Source of the DNA: a virus
Lineage: Duplodnaviria > Heunggongvirae > Uroviricota > Caudoviricetes
Reading direction: 5' to 3' (one strand)
Length of the DNA stretch: 44,793 nt
IMG/VR virus record: IMGVR_UViG_643348551_000008
Coordinates: 1-44,793 of that record
The notes under the pieces are model-generated. The model worked only from the letters and a program-made list of their open reading frames with translations, searched no databases and was not told the origin of the DNA. Shown here in pieces: positions 43,480-44,793 of the stretch. Position 1 is the first letter of the stretch. The number at the start of each line of letters is the position of its first letter. The position numbers and the translations under genes were made by a program.

Positions 43480-44793
43480 ATGGATAAAGTCAAATATCCA
43501 ACAGGCGTCGAAAACCACGGTGGCACATTACGCATCTGGTTTAATTTTAAAGGTAAACGTGTCAGGGAAAATCTTGGTGTCCCTGACACTGCCAAGAACA
43601 GGAAGATCGCCGGAGAGCTGCGGACATCTGTATGTTTTGCTATTCGTACAGGAAACTTTGATTACGCTGCGCAGTTCCCTGACTCTCCTAACCTCAAGGC
43701 TTTTGGGGTAAATAAAAAAGAAATTACGGTGAAGGAACTTGAAGAAAAGTGGCTGGATCTGAAACGAATGGAAATCTCTGCAAATGCATTCAATCGCTAT
43801 GAATCCGTTGCAAGAACGATGGTTCCGAAAATTGGAGGCAGCAGACTGGTGTCATCGGTAACTAAAGAGGAATTGCTGTATATCAGGAAAGATTTGCTGA
43901 CCGGGTATCAGAATTCAACGAAAAACAAAGCAGCAGCAAAAGGACGGAGCGTCGTTACTGTAAATTATTACATGACGACAATCGCTGGAATGTTTCAGTT
44001 TGCTGCAGATCACGGTTACTTAGAAGCAAATCCCTTCCAGGGAATTAAGCCTCTTAAAAGAGCCAGGGCAGAGCCAGATCCGCTAACTCGTGACGAATTT
44101 ATTCGCCTGATAGATGCTTGCCGACATCAGCAGACGAAAAACCTGTGGTCATTGGCTGTGTACACAGGAATGCGTCACGGTGAACTGGTCTCCCTGGCCT
44201 GGGAAGATATCGATCTGAAAGCAGGAACTATTACTATCAGGCGCAATTATACGAAACTCGGTGAGTTCACTCTACCTAAAACTGAAGCAAGTACAAACAG
44301 GGTTGTGCATCTTATCCAGCCTGCTATCAGTGTCCTGAAAAATCAGGCTGAAATGACAAGACTGGGTAAGCAGCACCACATCAAGGTTCAACTACGTGAA
44401 TATGGGCGTTCAGTGAATCATGAATGTACTTTCGTATTTAACCCCCAGGTGGTTAGAAAAAGCAAACAGGTCGGTTTTATCTACAAGGTAGATTCCATTG
44501 GCGACTCATGGGAAACAGCCATTAAGCGTGCGGGCATCAGGCACCGGAAAGCATACCAGTCACGACACACTTATGCGTGCTGGTCATTATCTGCCGGAGC
44601 AAACCCAAGCTTCATTGCCAGCCAGATGGGCCATGCAAGTGCCCAGATGGTGTTCAATGTATACGGAGCATGGATGACTGACAGTAATGCAGAACAGATC
44701 GCAATGCTGAATCAGAAGCTGGCAGATTATGTCCCAATGATGTCCCATGGTCACCAAAGTGACACAAGAGACTTATTAAAATCAGTGGGTTAG
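43480..44793 (+). CDS. int: Tyrosine-type phage integrase
   Basis: 437-aa ORF; C-terminal catalytic-domain pattern (R...HxxR...Y region ...RHTYACWSLSAGANPSFIASQMGHASAQMVFNVY); stop at the window edge. Confidence 0.8.
   Translation: MDKVKYPTGVENHGGTLRIWFNFKGKRVRENLGVPDTAKNRKIAGELRTSVCFAIRTGNFDYAAQFPDSPNLKAFGVNKKEITVKELEEKWLDLKRMEISANAFNRYESVARTMVPKIGGSRLVSSVTKEELLYIRKDLLTGYQNSTKNKAAAKGRSVVTVNYYMTTIAGMFQFAADHGYLEANPFQGIKPLKRARAEPDPLTRDEFIRLIDACRHQQTKNLWSLAVYTGMRHGELVSLAWEDIDLKAGTITIRRNYTKLGEFTLPKTEASTNRVVHLIQPAISVLKNQAEMTRLGKQHHIKVQLREYGRSVNHECTFVFNPQVVRKSKQVGFIYKVDSIGDSWETAIKRAGIRHRKAYQSRHTYACWSLSAGANPSFIASQMGHASAQMVFNVYGAWMTDSNAEQIAMLNQKLADYVPMMSHGHQSDTRDLLKSVG

Overview
Almost the whole 44.8-kb window is one lambdoid prophage in inverted orientation, with the tail-fibre end at the left and the integrase at the right edge. 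No database search or folding was possible; all identifications rest on reading the ORF translations and DNA by eye and on recalled family features. The morphogenesis block on the minus strand (about 340-23542: Nu1-A-W-B-C-D-E-FI-FII-Z-U-V-G-T-H-M-L-K-I-J-lom-stf-tfa) looks near-identical to phage lambda at protein level, including a cos site, the B/C and K/I overlaps and the G-T -1 slippery heptamer. The remainder is non-lambda mosaic: an atypical lysis cassette (holin-like proteins plus an M15-type peptidase, no recognisable Rz/Rz1), a TerB-like cargo gene, two tRNA genes, an orphan N6/N4 DNA methyltransferase, a complete IS5 with TTAG target duplication, a 9-bp tandem repeat array, an NmpC/Lc-type porin gene, a Q antiterminator, a replication module (DnaB-like helicase, DnaC-like loader, O-like initiator with embedded iterons), a Rha-like regulator, a cro/cI immunity region, and a 4-kb early-left accessory block ending in xis and int. 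That accessory block has no recognisable recombination genes; it carries small unknown ORFs and an SPFH/Band-7 lipoprotein with small membrane-protein partners, which is my best candidate for an undescribed accessory system. Other points worth a second look are a gene near cos split by a frameshift in an A7 tract, a variant cosN, a degenerate second tRNA, and the IS5 sitting at the edge of the repeat array upstream of the porin gene.
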